Of a stretch of 64,000 nucleotides of DNA, positions 1-11,912 are shown in pieces; position 1 is the first letter of the stretch, and each line of letters opens with the position of its first letter. The translations under genes were made by a program, and so were the position numbers. The DNA comes from Chrysemys picta bellii (taxonomy: Eukaryota): contig NC_088803.1 in the NCBI RefSeq assembly GCF_011386835.1, positions 44,950,001 through 45,014,000 of the forward strand, written 5' to 3'. Under the pieces are notes generated by a model. That model was not told where the DNA came from. It ran no database searches and saw only the letters and a program-made list of their open reading frames with translations.

Positions 1-3000
1 AGTCTCTGGTAATGAGATACTGCAGGCATGGGTGCACTAATACACAAGATAACTTGCCATTGTTTGTGGACTCTTCTGCAGAACTGCAAGAACCTTCTTT
101 TCTCCCAATACAAGTGGGACTCTCTATCAGACTTCAATCTGTAGTAGTTGAGTAAAGGGGACAGTGCTTCCTAAAGGGGATCAGAGTAGTGCTGCTGCAG
201 CAACTCTAGTTTATTACTACCATAACACTGACCCATTGCTCAAAGGAGGTGAATCTTTTGCATAAATAGTGCTTCCTAGTTCTTGGTGCTAGAACATTCC
301 AAAGTGCTTTGACAACATTTAAAATATAAGGCTTCAGGCACCTCTGGGAGTATTGTAGGTAGAAGGGACACCCAACTTTAACTCTTTGTAGTCTTCCATA
401 AGCTCCCCGTTTTCTCTCACCAAACAGAAGCTGTTTGTCTTTACTCTAAAAGCCTTTCATACCCACCCTACTACCATCTCTCATTTGCTGTTGAGACATT
501 GACTCCTGCCTTGAATTGGCCTCCATTGTCCTCTTAACTTTCCAAGCAAGCACTTTCATGCTTTGTCCTTTGCTGCCCCTTGTGGGTGGGAGGAGCTTGC
601 TGTAAACATCAGGATAATGACCTCATTATCCTCAAAACTCTCCTTTGCTGTGATGCCTACAAAAAATGGCTAGGCCACTGGTATGCCGAGACTAGTGCTT
701 ACCATGCTGACCAATACTGTTTCCTTGTTCTCCCCTGTCTATATCCATCTCTTGTCTTGTCCTCTACTTAAATTGTAAGCTTTTGTTCTTTTCATACAGT
801 GCCTAGCACAATGCACTCCATGACATGACTGCCATATAAATTGCTTTCAAGGTGGCTAACATTTTCCATTATAAATTATTTTCAATAGCTTATAACTTTA
901 CCAGATTATAACCATTCAGGTTGCAGTTTTTCATGCTGAATGTTTTGCCCATGTTTGAAAAAAATTCTGACCACTGTTTCACTGAGAAGCTCTACTACCT
1001 CCATGTGTTGAAGCAGAAATTATCCTGCTCTCAGGCAAATGGTCTTTGCTGTTCCAGTGAAAATCCACACATTTGGCCTCTGAAAATTCAGTTTGCACAA
1101 GGTCAGTTGAGGTTTGTTAGAGGCTGGCAGCAGCGTTCAGTTGGTACTGAGCATGCTCCTTCCCTGCCTGTAGCAGCTAAGCAGAACTTGCCTTGGAATT
1201 GCTGCTCCTGGCAACTGGACTGAAAGGAGGGAGAATGTTTGTTTGCATTTCTCAGTTTTCCCCCTGTTGATGCCTGGGCAGTGAGGAGGAAGCAGCCTAA
1301 CTCACCTGCAATGGGGCGGAGGATAAAAGGGTTTATAATTTATTTTAAAATGCTCCTTTCCAGAACCTGGAATGGAACCCAGGATTCTTCAATCTCATCA
1401 TTACTCTGCTGTCAGCAAATAGCAGTGAAATCCAAGATCAGCTAGTGTACCTCATCCCCTAGCAGTGGTTGGCTCACAGAGGCGGATAGCCAACTCCTCC
1501 CCATTGCTGTTAAAAAGAACCTTAAGGCTGAGTTTTCAAGAGTTAGGAAAAGTCAAAATTAGAATTGCCCCTACAACCATATTTTGTCCTTCAAGTGAAA
1601 GGTCTGTGGTGTGGACCTCAAGGGACAACCCTGCTGATGACCCATTTGGGTCAATGTGGCTTCATATTGTGGAACTTATATTTTTAGTAAACCTTAAATG
1701 TTTAAGTTAATTTTAAGAATAGCCAGGGTGCAAAGTTGAGTTTTCAAGAGTTAGGCAGTGTAGAACTGAGGTTGCCCATGCTTTGCATATATGAATTATG
1801 CTAACGTGACCATGTAACTAAAGACTATTAATTTTGCAACCTTCATGTTTTAGTATCCTTTTTTGACAGCTAAAGGAAAGGCATTTGGCCAAGTTCACAA
1901 AGAACATCTGTCAGAACTAGGAATAGAATGTAGCTCCTGTGGCCCATCCTATACTGTATCCATGAGACCAATGCTGCATGTTCCAATAGGGATCATAGGC
2001 CCCTAGACTGTCCTCTGTATTTTGCTAGGCAACTAGTTTAGGAGACAGTTTTCTCCCTCTGAGATTGAAGGTAGATTGGACCTTATCAAAGCAGCAGCAA
2101 TGGTGTTAGAAATCAGTGGGACAGTGGCGAAGCTAATAATTTGTAAAATAAAGCCCCTCTCACAATGAAACAACTGTAGATGAGTAATGTGCCTCTCTGT
2201 TGTAGGTCACAGGTGAACAATTATGTTTTTATTTAAAACAAAAAAGCAGCTGGCTCCTGAAATTAGAGATGTTTTAAGACATTCTTAACTTGCCAAAATG
2301 GAAAACAGAAGTCTGTAGATCCCTGCTGTCCTGTAGCATACCTGAAATGCAGACCCTAATCTCTGTTCTAGGTAAATGTGACCTTCAGTATGTTGTGGTT
2401 GATTAGCATCTCAGTCCAAGAGCAGGACCCTTGGTGACATGGGGCACTCAGTTTCTGTGCAAATTGTAGGTGTCCTTAGTTCACTCATATACACATGCGA
2501 TCATTGAAGGTGGCTCTATTCCCCCACCCATCCTTCGCTGGCACCTCCTGATGGTATTTAACTACAGTACAGATTCTGTTTAAACCTTGTCTGTGTCCTG
2601 GCAAGAGATGCTGCCATAGGTACCACTAACTTAATGCTGAGAAACAAATTCCATTAAACTCTTACAATCCACTTGCACACCCTCTAATCACTTCACATAA
2701 GAAACAATGTCAGTTTAACAACTGTGATTCAGTTAATGTTTGATATGGTTTGGGTTGTAATTTACACCATTACAGAACTAGGCACATGAGGTTGAGTAAG
2801 CAGGAAAGAGGAAGATAACATATCATCTTTCCTTGTATGCTAAAAGCTATGTCTCATCAGAACCCTGTTTCCATTCTCCTCCCCCCCCCTTAAAAAACCC
2901 TGTCATTGTCCTTGTACAGAAAAATAGTACAGCCATTCAAATACCAAAGCCTAGAATTAGAGTAAAGAAAGCATCAGGCAATAACAATCATTGCTTATAT

Positions 3001-3659
3001 TAAACATTTTCCAGTAGTTTTAAAGAGATTTGGTTACTGTTGCATCACTTTGTCATTTTTATCTGACAATCTGCAATGCAACACATGCCTTAGTGAAACA
3101 ATAGGATGTGACTATAGGACACAGTTTTAAAATAGAGAACAAAAAACATACTACGGTTTCTGCATTTATGTAGCTCACTGATATTTACTTTGCTATTGTA
3201 CTTTGTGTATATAATTTGCAAGTCTAAACCCAAATTTTTAAAAGAAATCCATACCTCTTGCTTAAAGTAAACTTTAAAGTTTGTACTAGAAGGAAAACCT
3301 CCTTTGTTACAAGTGTAAAACAAATCTTATATGGACAAGAAAGAATGATTTTTCCAGTGAGCAGATTTGTACCTATAACTTCTGATAAGTTGCTTGGTAA
3401 GTACCAGGCACATAAAGCAGAGGATAAGCAAATTTGTCTTAACAGCTGCTTTTAAATACGCAGTGTAAGTTAAAAATCTAGAGGCAGTTTTTCCACTTCT
3501 AAAACATCATGGTGATCTGAGCTAATTCCTCTTAACTGCCTGGTCATTCTTTACTACAGAATAGTTAAACTGCCTTTTAATTAAAACAAAATACAATTGG
3601 AGGGGGGAAAAAAAATAAAATTTCAAAGCCAGAAAGAACCCCATAAACCCTAGAAACAA

Positions 3660-3773
3660 TCAAGGTAATACAGGATCCCCGTAGGCACAATCCTCTTCAA
3701 TAGCGAGATTGTACTCAGCTCCTTTTCCACCTTTATATGCGCTTGTCACAATCCTCAGCCAGCCCAGTTCACC
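3660..3773 (-). CDS. CTSZ: Cathepsin Z exon 6 (last coding exon)
   Basis: Acceptor tacag|; reads [37 protein letters not shown] then TGA; matches the cathepsin Z C-terminus; 114 nt. Confidence 0.97.
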   Translation of the reverse strand, partial: GELGWLRIVTSAYKGGKGAEYNLAIEEDCAYGDPVLP

Positions 3774-4353
3774 CTGTAGTAAATTAATTTTCATTAGTAT
3801 TGGCAAAAGGTTTATAAATTAGTAACATCAAAGTAACTTCTGTCTCATAAGCAGTGTACTTTGGGCAGAGCAAGGGGGACTAGAGGTGAAGGCAGATCTC
3901 TGCAAAGGGTTTGAGTGGGATTCACAAAACAAGCTTATTTGAAATAGCAGTTCTCTAGTGAACTCATTTGTTTCCAGCCAGGAATTCATTTCCATATCCT
4001 ACTATCCATAGCCAAATAGCTATTGGACCCATATATCACAAAGCTATTTACCACTGGCTTCAATGGGAGTTGCATACACATATGAGGGCAGCATTAAGAT
4101 TCCGCACAGAGGCTGGCCTGCTATTGCCTTACGTGTTCTTTGTAGTGGGGTAGCATTACATTCAGTTTATAGACTTTTTCCTAGTTGTCAGATGTATTAA
4201 AAATCATAGATTGAGACAACTCCTATGGCTAAGACGGAAACTTCGTTTTTTTTTTATAAACAAGCTAGTTGTACAACTTGTAATACAGAAATTTCTGGAG
4301 TTTTTAAAAATGTGCATTTCATTTTGAGCACATCCCTTCTCTCTCTTCCTTAC

Positions 4354-4516
4354 CCATGGTTCGCCCCAGGAGTTACGGACAATCCAGTATTCAGTTCCAT
4401 TTTCCACACCCCAGCCAGCCACAGATACAATGTGATTCACCATAGGAGAGGGGTTGTATTCAGCATAAAGTCCTCCAGTGTACGCATCCAGGCGTGCCGT
4501 AGCCATTATGCCACAA
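4354..4516 (-). CDS. CTSZ: Cathepsin Z exon 5
   Basis: 163 nt, AG/GT bounded; [20 protein letters not shown]...[10 protein letters not shown]...[11 protein letters not shown] carries the catalytic His and Asn of papain-family proteases. Confidence 0.97.
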
Positions 4517-4810
4517 CTGTAACAAGCAAAAAGAGCTTCCTCATTCAGAAATAATTATAGCAGACTAAAGGAGAACAGTGTCCGTCACCCACTTTCACTT
4601 CAAATGAAAAGTTCTTAACTTAAGTGGGTCTAGATCATAAGATATTGTGCAAAAGTTTAGCACAGATCCGTCTTCAGAGGCTAAGGCCTGGTCTGGTGAA
4701 GAAGTGCTGAATGAGCTACAGAAGGAGGCTCTCCAGTTTATCCCATGAAGCTTGCAAACAACTAAAAGAAAATTAACAGGATAACTCTTACCCTGTAATA
4801 CTGTCTTTAC

Positions 4811-4961
4811 CTGATTGGACCATTGGCATAGATTTCTGCCATCATTTTTTCCCTCCCACTGACAGAGCCATAGTCAGCAATTTTCCAGAGGGTGTAGTTC
4901 TTTATCACGTGGCATTCCCCAAAGGTAACACAGGTTCCACACTGGTTAAACCTCTTGCAGG
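4811..4961 (-). CDS. CTSZ: Cathepsin Z exon 4
   Basis: 151 nt, AG/GT bounded; [49 protein letters not shown]; phases match the flanking exons. Confidence 0.97.
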
Positions 4962-5705
4962 CTATAAAGAAGCAGTGATATTCGATTAACATTGCAAGCT
5001 AGTATTTTTCTTCTTACAGTTAATTATTCAATGAAATAATTAATGGTAAATTTTAATTCCTTTTGAGGGGCCATAATTATAAGATTAAATATAGCAGAGA
5101 AAACTGCTTGTTTCTTCAGGTTAGATAAAGCTGCAAGTTCAGATTGCTAATTAAGGCAGTCTCTACAGTCAATAATATTTCAAGGTTATGTGCTCTTTAT
5201 CTGTTTCAGTCTTCAAACATGCTTTTCAATGTAGGTTATAAAAACTACTTCCTGATAAGTGTCTCAGTATACAAATAATTAAATTGATTCTGTGGAGCTA
5301 GAGAAACAATTCAAGGGATTTGTTTGCAAGTAAGTATAGTAGACGGAAGTTCTGCTCTGGTAACTTAAGATGACACTTGTAAATATTACTGCATGAAAGC
5401 ACCGATGCACATCAATGCCTAGTGAGTTCACATTAGCAGCCTGAATGGTGGATGCTTGTTCAGACATGATGGCAACATCTATGCTGTCTGATTCTGGTGC
5501 AAAAAAAAACACAGACAGCTACTCTAAGGGAACTGCTGCTCCTAGTTAGATAGCAGGTGCTTCACTAGCAGCCCGCAGTAAGTAGAAGCAGAAAAAGAAA
5601 TGCGTGTGTTAGCTAAATTATATTTAATTTCCTTTAAAGCGAATACCAAACCCTGCCAAATAAGAGTGAGTAGTAGCTAGGAAGGTTTGCAATCTGTTGC
5701 CGTAC

Positions 5706-5885
5706 TTTGGTCTTTGGCTTGGTAGTTGTTACAGGTCTCATCTGGAATGCCATGGTCGTGAGCATACATCCAAACACCTGTGTGGTCTCCACCTTCGCAG
5801 GACCCTGCGTTGGCACAGTCAATAACATTCTGAACAGAGAGGTAGGCAGAAGGCCAAGCACCTTTTCTCTTAATGTTGATGCGGT
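5706..5885 (-). CDS. CTSZ: Cathepsin Z exon 3
   Basis: 180 nt, AG/GT bounded; [60 protein letters not shown]. Confidence 0.97.
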
Positions 5886-6226
5886 CTGTGGTAATAACAG
5901 AAGAATAAACAATTGGTGCTTGTTAGTTTTACTGTTGTCTGTAACTCATTACGGGCCAAATATTTCAACTATGTCTCCTTAGCTGCATCTGTTAAATATC
6001 TGCAGACAGCTGTGGGTGCAAAAGCTGTATATGCTAACAGAATGGCTAGGTGCCCACACCGTGACCCAATCGAGTGGGTGAAATGATGGCGTCTGTTTTG
6101 CAGGTGCAGCTACTGCTTTCCATTCAAATTTGGCTTCAGGGGCAGATATATGTGGATGTACATGTTTCATTTCAGTCCTTAATTAGATAAATCCTAACAT
6201 CCTCTACCAGTTATGAAAGCACTCTG

Positions 6227-6935
6227 TTGCTCCTCATTTAACATTGGTTATGTTCCTGAAAAATGTGACTTTAAGTGAAACAATGTTAAGCAAATCCAAT
6301 TTCCCCATAAGAATTAATGTAAATGGGGGGTTAGGTTCCAGGGAAATTTTGTGCTGTACAGTACTATAGTTGGCAGGTGCCCCCGCCTTACCCCACACAG
6401 CACAGCCCACTGGCACTGCAGACAATGAGGCAGGCAAGGAGGCTGAAGGCGCTGTAGGCTAGGAGAAGCATGTTGTGCAGCAGCCGCAGCACCTTCCCAG
6501 GGGTGGAGAGCTCAACCCTCGGCCTGCCCACACTACCCCGTCCCCCAAACTCCCACCCTTAACCCGCTTCTTCCCCCCCACCCCCTTTTTTTGCCATACA
6601 GTACAGTATTTGGGAGGGAGGGGGAGCCTGCACACTGAGTCCTTGCTCCTCCCCCCTGAACGCTGCAAGCCAGCTGATTGCCAATGGCAGGAGGTGCGGG
6701 GAGGAAGAGGAAGGCGCTGATCCACGGGATCTGCCGGCAGGCGGGAGGGGCTGTATGTGGGGCAGCATGGGGGAGCTGATGGTGGGGGGGCTGCCAGCTG
6801 TAGACAAAGCAGGCAGCCAAATGACATTATAGAGAAGCATCACACAACTTTAAATGGAGCATGTTCTGAAACTGAGCAGAGACGTAAGATCGAAACAACC
6901 TTAAGCGAGAGGACGTTAAGTGTGGAGTTACTGTA
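6227..6935. mobile_element. Non-autonomous Tc1/mariner (Tigger-like) element in CTSZ intron 2
   Basis: Right end gttaagtgtggagttactg|ta (reverse complement ta|cagtaactccacacttaac); left end is a degenerate match (ctcctcatttaac); GC-rich interior. Left boundary approximate. Confidence 0.6.
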
Positions 6936-7636
6936 ACCTGCTCCCAGCCCCATGTGCTTCTGTCCCACTGCTGCTGTTGCCCTAAAGAGGCAAAAGAGAA
7001 ACTGCTCCACGGAAAGCTAAACTCCAGCTGAGCTGCTGCCCCCACCCAAAAAGGGGAAGTCACAGTTGTATCTCGGTTTTCACTGTAATGATAGAATAAT
7101 TTATCTACCTGCTTCTCCTGGCTTTCTGGGGCTAACTGTGACTAAATGCAAGAGGGAGAAGAGAACTATACAGTAAAGAGAGTGTGACATTCCCACCCCA
7201 CAAGCAATGCCCCTTCTGCTAAATGTGTTTTAATCAATCCAATTTTTCCTTTTTAATCTGTGTATAATTCTAAATGAGGGAGGCCACCTCTACCACTCTG
7301 GAACATTCCACCAAGAAAAAAAATTCCCCTTCTCAGCTGCCAGTTGGGGAATTCCCACAGTATATGCTACCACCAAAACTACCTTCACTTTAAAATCTTC
7401 CTTACCCTCTCCCCTGTCTGTCTTATTTAGGGCAGGTACCTTGGCCCAGAGCCTCCAAGCTATTTAGGAGTTAGGCCCTTTGTCTTGTGAAGTGACAACC
7501 CTGAATAGTGCTGATAATCCTGCAAATCGAGGATTGCCTCCCCCCATCAGGGGTTCAGAAGGTTGGGGGATCCTGAAAATGGACTGACTGGCAAGAAAAC
7601 AATACCCAGTAACAACAGATACCCAGTAACAAGTAC

Positions 7637-7800
7637 CTGCTAAGGCACTGGTGCTGCCATGAGCCCAACAAGACCCACAGTACTGAGGAATGTGCTGGTT
7701 CCGAGTGGTACTGGCAAAATTGGTCCCGTTTACATTTCGCCAATCCCAACTCGGGGGAAGTTTAGTGATGTCCAGGTACTCGTGAGGTCGAGGGTAGGTT
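7637..7800 (-). CDS. CTSZ: Cathepsin Z exon 2
   Basis: 164 nt, AG/GT bounded; [54 protein letters not shown] contains the catalytic Cys and the HIPQY mini-loop diagnostic of cathepsin Z/X. Confidence 0.98.
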
Positions 7801-8499
7801 CTATATGGAAACAAAGTAGTAAGAATTAAGCCTGTTTCCCAGAGATGATTTTTATATTTTCAGAGAGAGAAAGGAAAAAAAAAAATCTTCCAGTCTCACA
7901 ATGATGTGTGAGAATTTCCATCCTAGCTTGAGATCACATGCTAGTTCTAGCCACCATGACCTTTAGTACCCTTCTATCTATGGTCTTGTGACTAGTGTTA
8001 ACTCACAGAAACAGCTACCAGGTAGGCAGCTGAGATTAACATAAGAAATGAGAGGCCTCCCCAATGCAGCCCTTTGCAGGAGTTCACATGAAACAATCCA
8101 GCCTTCATGCTGTTTTCGATCTACTCTGAAACCTCTCAAAACTAAGAGGATGGATTTATTGTCTCCCTTCTGCATTGCTCAGGAGTCCTGGATCAAGGAA
8201 TAACTTGGCAGCGGTGCAAATCCCCGTCTCCCCCCAATAGTCACCCTGTGCCCACATCCTCAAAGGTATTTAGGCACCAAATTCCCTCTGAGGAGTTGGG
8301 TCCTGGCCATTTGCCCCTAGAGAAGCAGAGAATCCTTGGCCCTGCTGCTGAAACTGGGGCCAACTACAAACACCCCATTTCCCCGGCTCCCTAGGGGATG
8401 GCGATGAGCCTGGATGTTATCGAAACTAATTGGTGCGGTGAAGTTCTCCGCTGTTACCAGGGGCTGCTTCGGGTCGGCCAGGCGCAGGGCAAAGGCGGT

Positions 8500-9430
8500 G
8501 GGTGCAGGCCGGGTACAGTAAGGAGGGGCAGCGGGGTAGGGTAGGGGCTGGGGAGGTCTCGGCATCACGTGGGCAGTGACATTCCGGGATTTCACCCCCA
8601 GCTGATTCCTCCGGGCTGCGGCGGGCGGCTGCTGGGCTCTGCCTGCCTGGCCCAGGCAGCGCCCCTGGGCCGTTCCCGGCACGCGAGAGGCTGACCGGCT
8701 TCTGCCTGGTCCTGGTCCCGGCTCCGAGGAGCCGCCTCTCGCCCAGCCAGTGGCCCGGGCGTAGCAGCAGCGTTGCACGTGGCTCCCTTCCTCCCACCCA
8801 GCCCAGCGGCGGGGCCGAGCGCTCACCTGAGCCCGGGGGGCTTGCGCGCGGCCGGTTTGTAGCAGTGCTGCCCCTCCCTGAAGTAGAGGCCGGCGTCGGA
8901 GGCCGGGCAGAGGCAGCCCCCGAGCAGCAGCAGGAGGAGCGGGGGGAGATGCTGGGGCAGCCCGGCCATGCTCAGCGCGGCGGTCCTGGAGCTACAGCTG
9001 CTTCCTGCGCTGCCGGGCCGGTTCCCCCCGTCCTCGGCGCGAGCATTTAAGGGAAGGTTGCGGCGTCTGAGTCAGCCAGGGGCTGGGCTCTGTCAATCCC
9101 CAGCTGCGCCCTGGGCTGGGAGGGACAAGAACCCGCGGCGCAGGAAGCGCCGGGCCCGGGGCCCGCCCGCGGGGAGTGGGCGGCGAGCGCGTGTGCAAGA
9201 GGGGCCGGGGCAGTGGCTCCCCTGGGATTAGCGCCTGGGACTGCATTGGCCTCGCCGCTAATCCCAGCCTTGGACATCCCCCCCCGCGATAGCCCCAGCA
9301 GCACCGCCCGGCGCTCTCCGCAATCTCGGGTGTGTTCGGTTGCTCAACCAGGCGCCTGCCCCCTGCGGGAGTTGCGGGCATTTGCAAGCCTAGAAGAATG
9401 GGGTCGTGAGAGCAGCCGGCTCCCCCCTCT
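8500..9430. promoter_or_regulatory. CpG island / CTSZ promoter
   Basis: Very GC- and CpG-rich stretch covering exon 1; AP-1/ARE-like TGAGTCAGC at 9068-9076. Boundaries estimated by eye. Confidence 0.8.
8827..8969 (-). CDS. CTSZ: Cathepsin Z exon 1 (signal peptide and short propeptide)
   Basis: ATG at 8969; MAGLPQHLPPLLLLLLGGCLCPASDAGLYFREGQHCYKPAARKPPGLR; donor AG|gtgagc; 143 nt. The six exons sum to 915 nt = 304 aa plus stop. Confidence 0.96.
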
Positions 9431-9789
9431 CCTCCCCCGCCTTTAATGATTATACTGCGATCGTTTCTCTTAATAAACTCGCAGGACCATCTGGTATCAG
9501 TTTGGTATCTGCCAAGAACGTGCCTTCGTGCTATGGTCAGATGTTTTTCTAGGTACAGACTTCACTGGCAAGGTCAGTTCCCCTAGGCTGCCTACAGAAA
9601 CACTGAGGCTCCTGCCTGTGTAAATCCTTTAACTATGTTCTTTAAGAGGTATTTCCATTAAGGCCCTGATCCTGCAAGAAGTGTGCATGTGCCTAACTTT
9701 ATGCACGGAGAGTAATGCCGTTGAAGTCTTCGCAGGATTGTGGTCCAAACAAGGAGGTTTTTTGCAAACTTTTTTTTTCAGTTGAAGAA

Positions 9790-10560
9790 AATTGTTGATG
9801 CCCACGACCCAAGGGAGCTTGGGATGAGGGGTTTGGAGTGTGGGAGGGGGCTCATGGCTCTGGGGTGGGGCCAGGGATGAGGGGTTTGGGGTGCAGGAAG
9901 GGGCTCCGGGTTGGTGGGGGCTCAGGGCTGGGGCGGGGGATTGGGGCGCAGGCTACCTCGGGCGGCTCCTGGTCAGCAGCGCAGTGGGGATGCTAAGGCA
10001 GGCTTCCTGCCTGTCCTGGCACCGCAGACTACGCTGTGCCCCAGAAGTGGCCAGCAGCAAGTCCGGCTCCTAGTCGGAGGCGCAAGCAGCTCCACGAGGC
10101 TCTTGCCCGCAGGCACCACCCCCAGGAGCGCCGCCAGCTTTTCTGCCGCCCTAGGCAGCGGAAGGTCCCGCCCTGAAATGCCGCCCCCCACCGAGGCGGT
10201 GGAAGGTCCCGCCGCCGAAATACCGCCGCAGTTGCCGCCCCCAAAATTGTAGCACCTTAGGCGACCGCCGAGGTCACCTAATGGGTTGCGCCAGCTCTGA
10301 CCACCCCCCCAGCTCCCATTGGCCAGTTCCCAGCCAATGGGAGTGTGGGGGCAGCATGTGGAGCCCCATGATCCTCCCCCGTCTAGGAGCCGGACTTGCT
10401 GCTGGCCGTTTCCAGGGCGCAGCGCGGTGTCAGAACAGGTAGGAACTAGCCTGCCTTAGCCGGGCAGCACCGCCGACGGGACTTTTAATGGCCGATCGGC
10501 GGTGCTGACCAGAGCTGCCGTGACCCAGTGCCTTCCAGTCCGTGACCCAGTACTGGTCTA
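9790..10560. mobile_element. GC-rich composite non-autonomous DNA-transposon-like repeat
   Basis: Internal imperfect inverted repeat (ggccagcagcaagtccggctcctag near 10049-10073 versus ctaggagccggacttgctgctggcc near 10383-10407); hosts a nested MITE; outer ends approximate. Confidence 0.5.
10123..10299. mobile_element. hAT-type MITE nested in a larger repeat
   Basis: CAG...CTG termini and a perfect 8-bp target-site duplication accacccc (10115-10122 and 10300-10307). Confidence 0.8.
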
Positions 10561-10569
10561 AACCACAGA

Positions 10570-10867
10570 GGGCATGTCTACATGGAAAGAAACAAACCCA
10601 AAAACCCTGTGGCAGCAAGTCTTAGAGCCCAGGTCTGGAGACTCAGGTTCACACTGTGGCACTAAACATAGCAGTGTAGATGTTCAGCTCAGGCTCTGAG
10701 AGCCTCCCCCTGGCCAGGTGTTGGAGCCCAAGCAGGAACGTCTAAGGTGTTTCCAGCTAAAAACACCATAGCATAACCCACAAGCTCCAGTCTGTAGACT
10801 GAGTCTATGGAACCAGCCTCTGAGCCTCACAGCTGGAGGTGGGGTTTTGTGCAGTGTAGACTTACCT
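10570..10867. mobile_element. PIF/Harbinger-like MITE (gtctaca...tgtagac family)
   Basis: Terminal inverted repeats gggcatgtctaca / tgtagacttacct; same family as 42938 and 48817; TSD not intact. Confidence 0.6.
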
Positions 10868-11912
10868 TTATAATGCTGACCAAGCTTTTGGTGGGAACAG
10901 AAAGCAGAAGCAAAACCAGTTGTGGTGCAATTTTTCACGCATTTCTAACTGTTGTGCAACTTTTATGTCTCGTGACACTTCTTTCTGGAGAATTAAATTA
11001 AATTGCACATTTTGCTGGCACACAGTGGTACAAACACAAATGCCTGACAGTTATTTTTCTAAGTGAACGTCATGCTTATGAAAAGTGCCTTCTTGACAGC
11101 CCTGGAGACTGAAATCCTCTGCTGAACCATAGAACAGGTACAATGTAGGCTGGTAATGGCAGTGCAAGCTCCCTCCAGTGCCCTATGATGTCTTTAACAC
11201 TAACCTGGTACGAGCATCTCTGAGGGTTCCGTTTCCATGGTTGTTCAGTGATTGTCCTTTCTGTTGCGCTGACAAACATGGGGGCCAATTGTGGTAGTGG
11301 GTTTTCCCCAGTTCTTTGGTGCTATGGAAACCTGTCCATTAGGCGCTAGGAGATGTGAAATGCACTACATACAAGTCACCAAAGCCATTAGATAGTAACA
11401 ATTTTTGGTCATTATTCTCTTGTGCCAGTTTTGAGCAGACAAATCCCTGTGCTAGCCACTGCCCACATTCAGCCCATGGTAGCTGGGACATGCGGTCCAC
11501 TATATAAACTGCTCTGCTAGAGTTTTCACAAATCCACCTGTATTGCTGTGTGATTAAGAGTGACATCTGGGGGCTCAGCCTGGGCGTCACACTTTTTTAA
11601 AACTAAAACTGAATTTGAAAATAAATAGCATCTGCTACACTTGGCATACAGAGATGAGTCAACAGGTGTGATGCTACCAACACAAAGGTTTGTGATACAA
11701 CTGCAGTTGCATTAGGACAAATGCTTTAAAGGGATGACAAATTCCAGATAAAAGGCCCCCTCATGTATGAAAAGATGCAGGAGATGCTTGGAAGCACAGA
11801 GCTACAAAACAACACATTGGTAAACGGTGGCCAGAGGCTGCATGACCACAGGCATGTCCATTTTTGTTAGCCATGTGTTTTTAACTGCTCAGGCCTTCCT
11901 GTGATATATATA

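Noticed and set aside
1-3600. Expected 3' exons of NELFCD (convergent neighbour of CTSZ in human)
   Set aside because: I could not find the NELFCD C-terminal peptide in any + frame; the short ORFs here lack splice support. The gene probably ends left of the window.
8317-10618. Many overlapping 60-170 aa ORFs around the CTSZ promoter
   Set aside because: Expected from stop-poor GC-rich CpG-island and MITE sequence; only the spliced CTSZ exon 1 frame matches a known protein.
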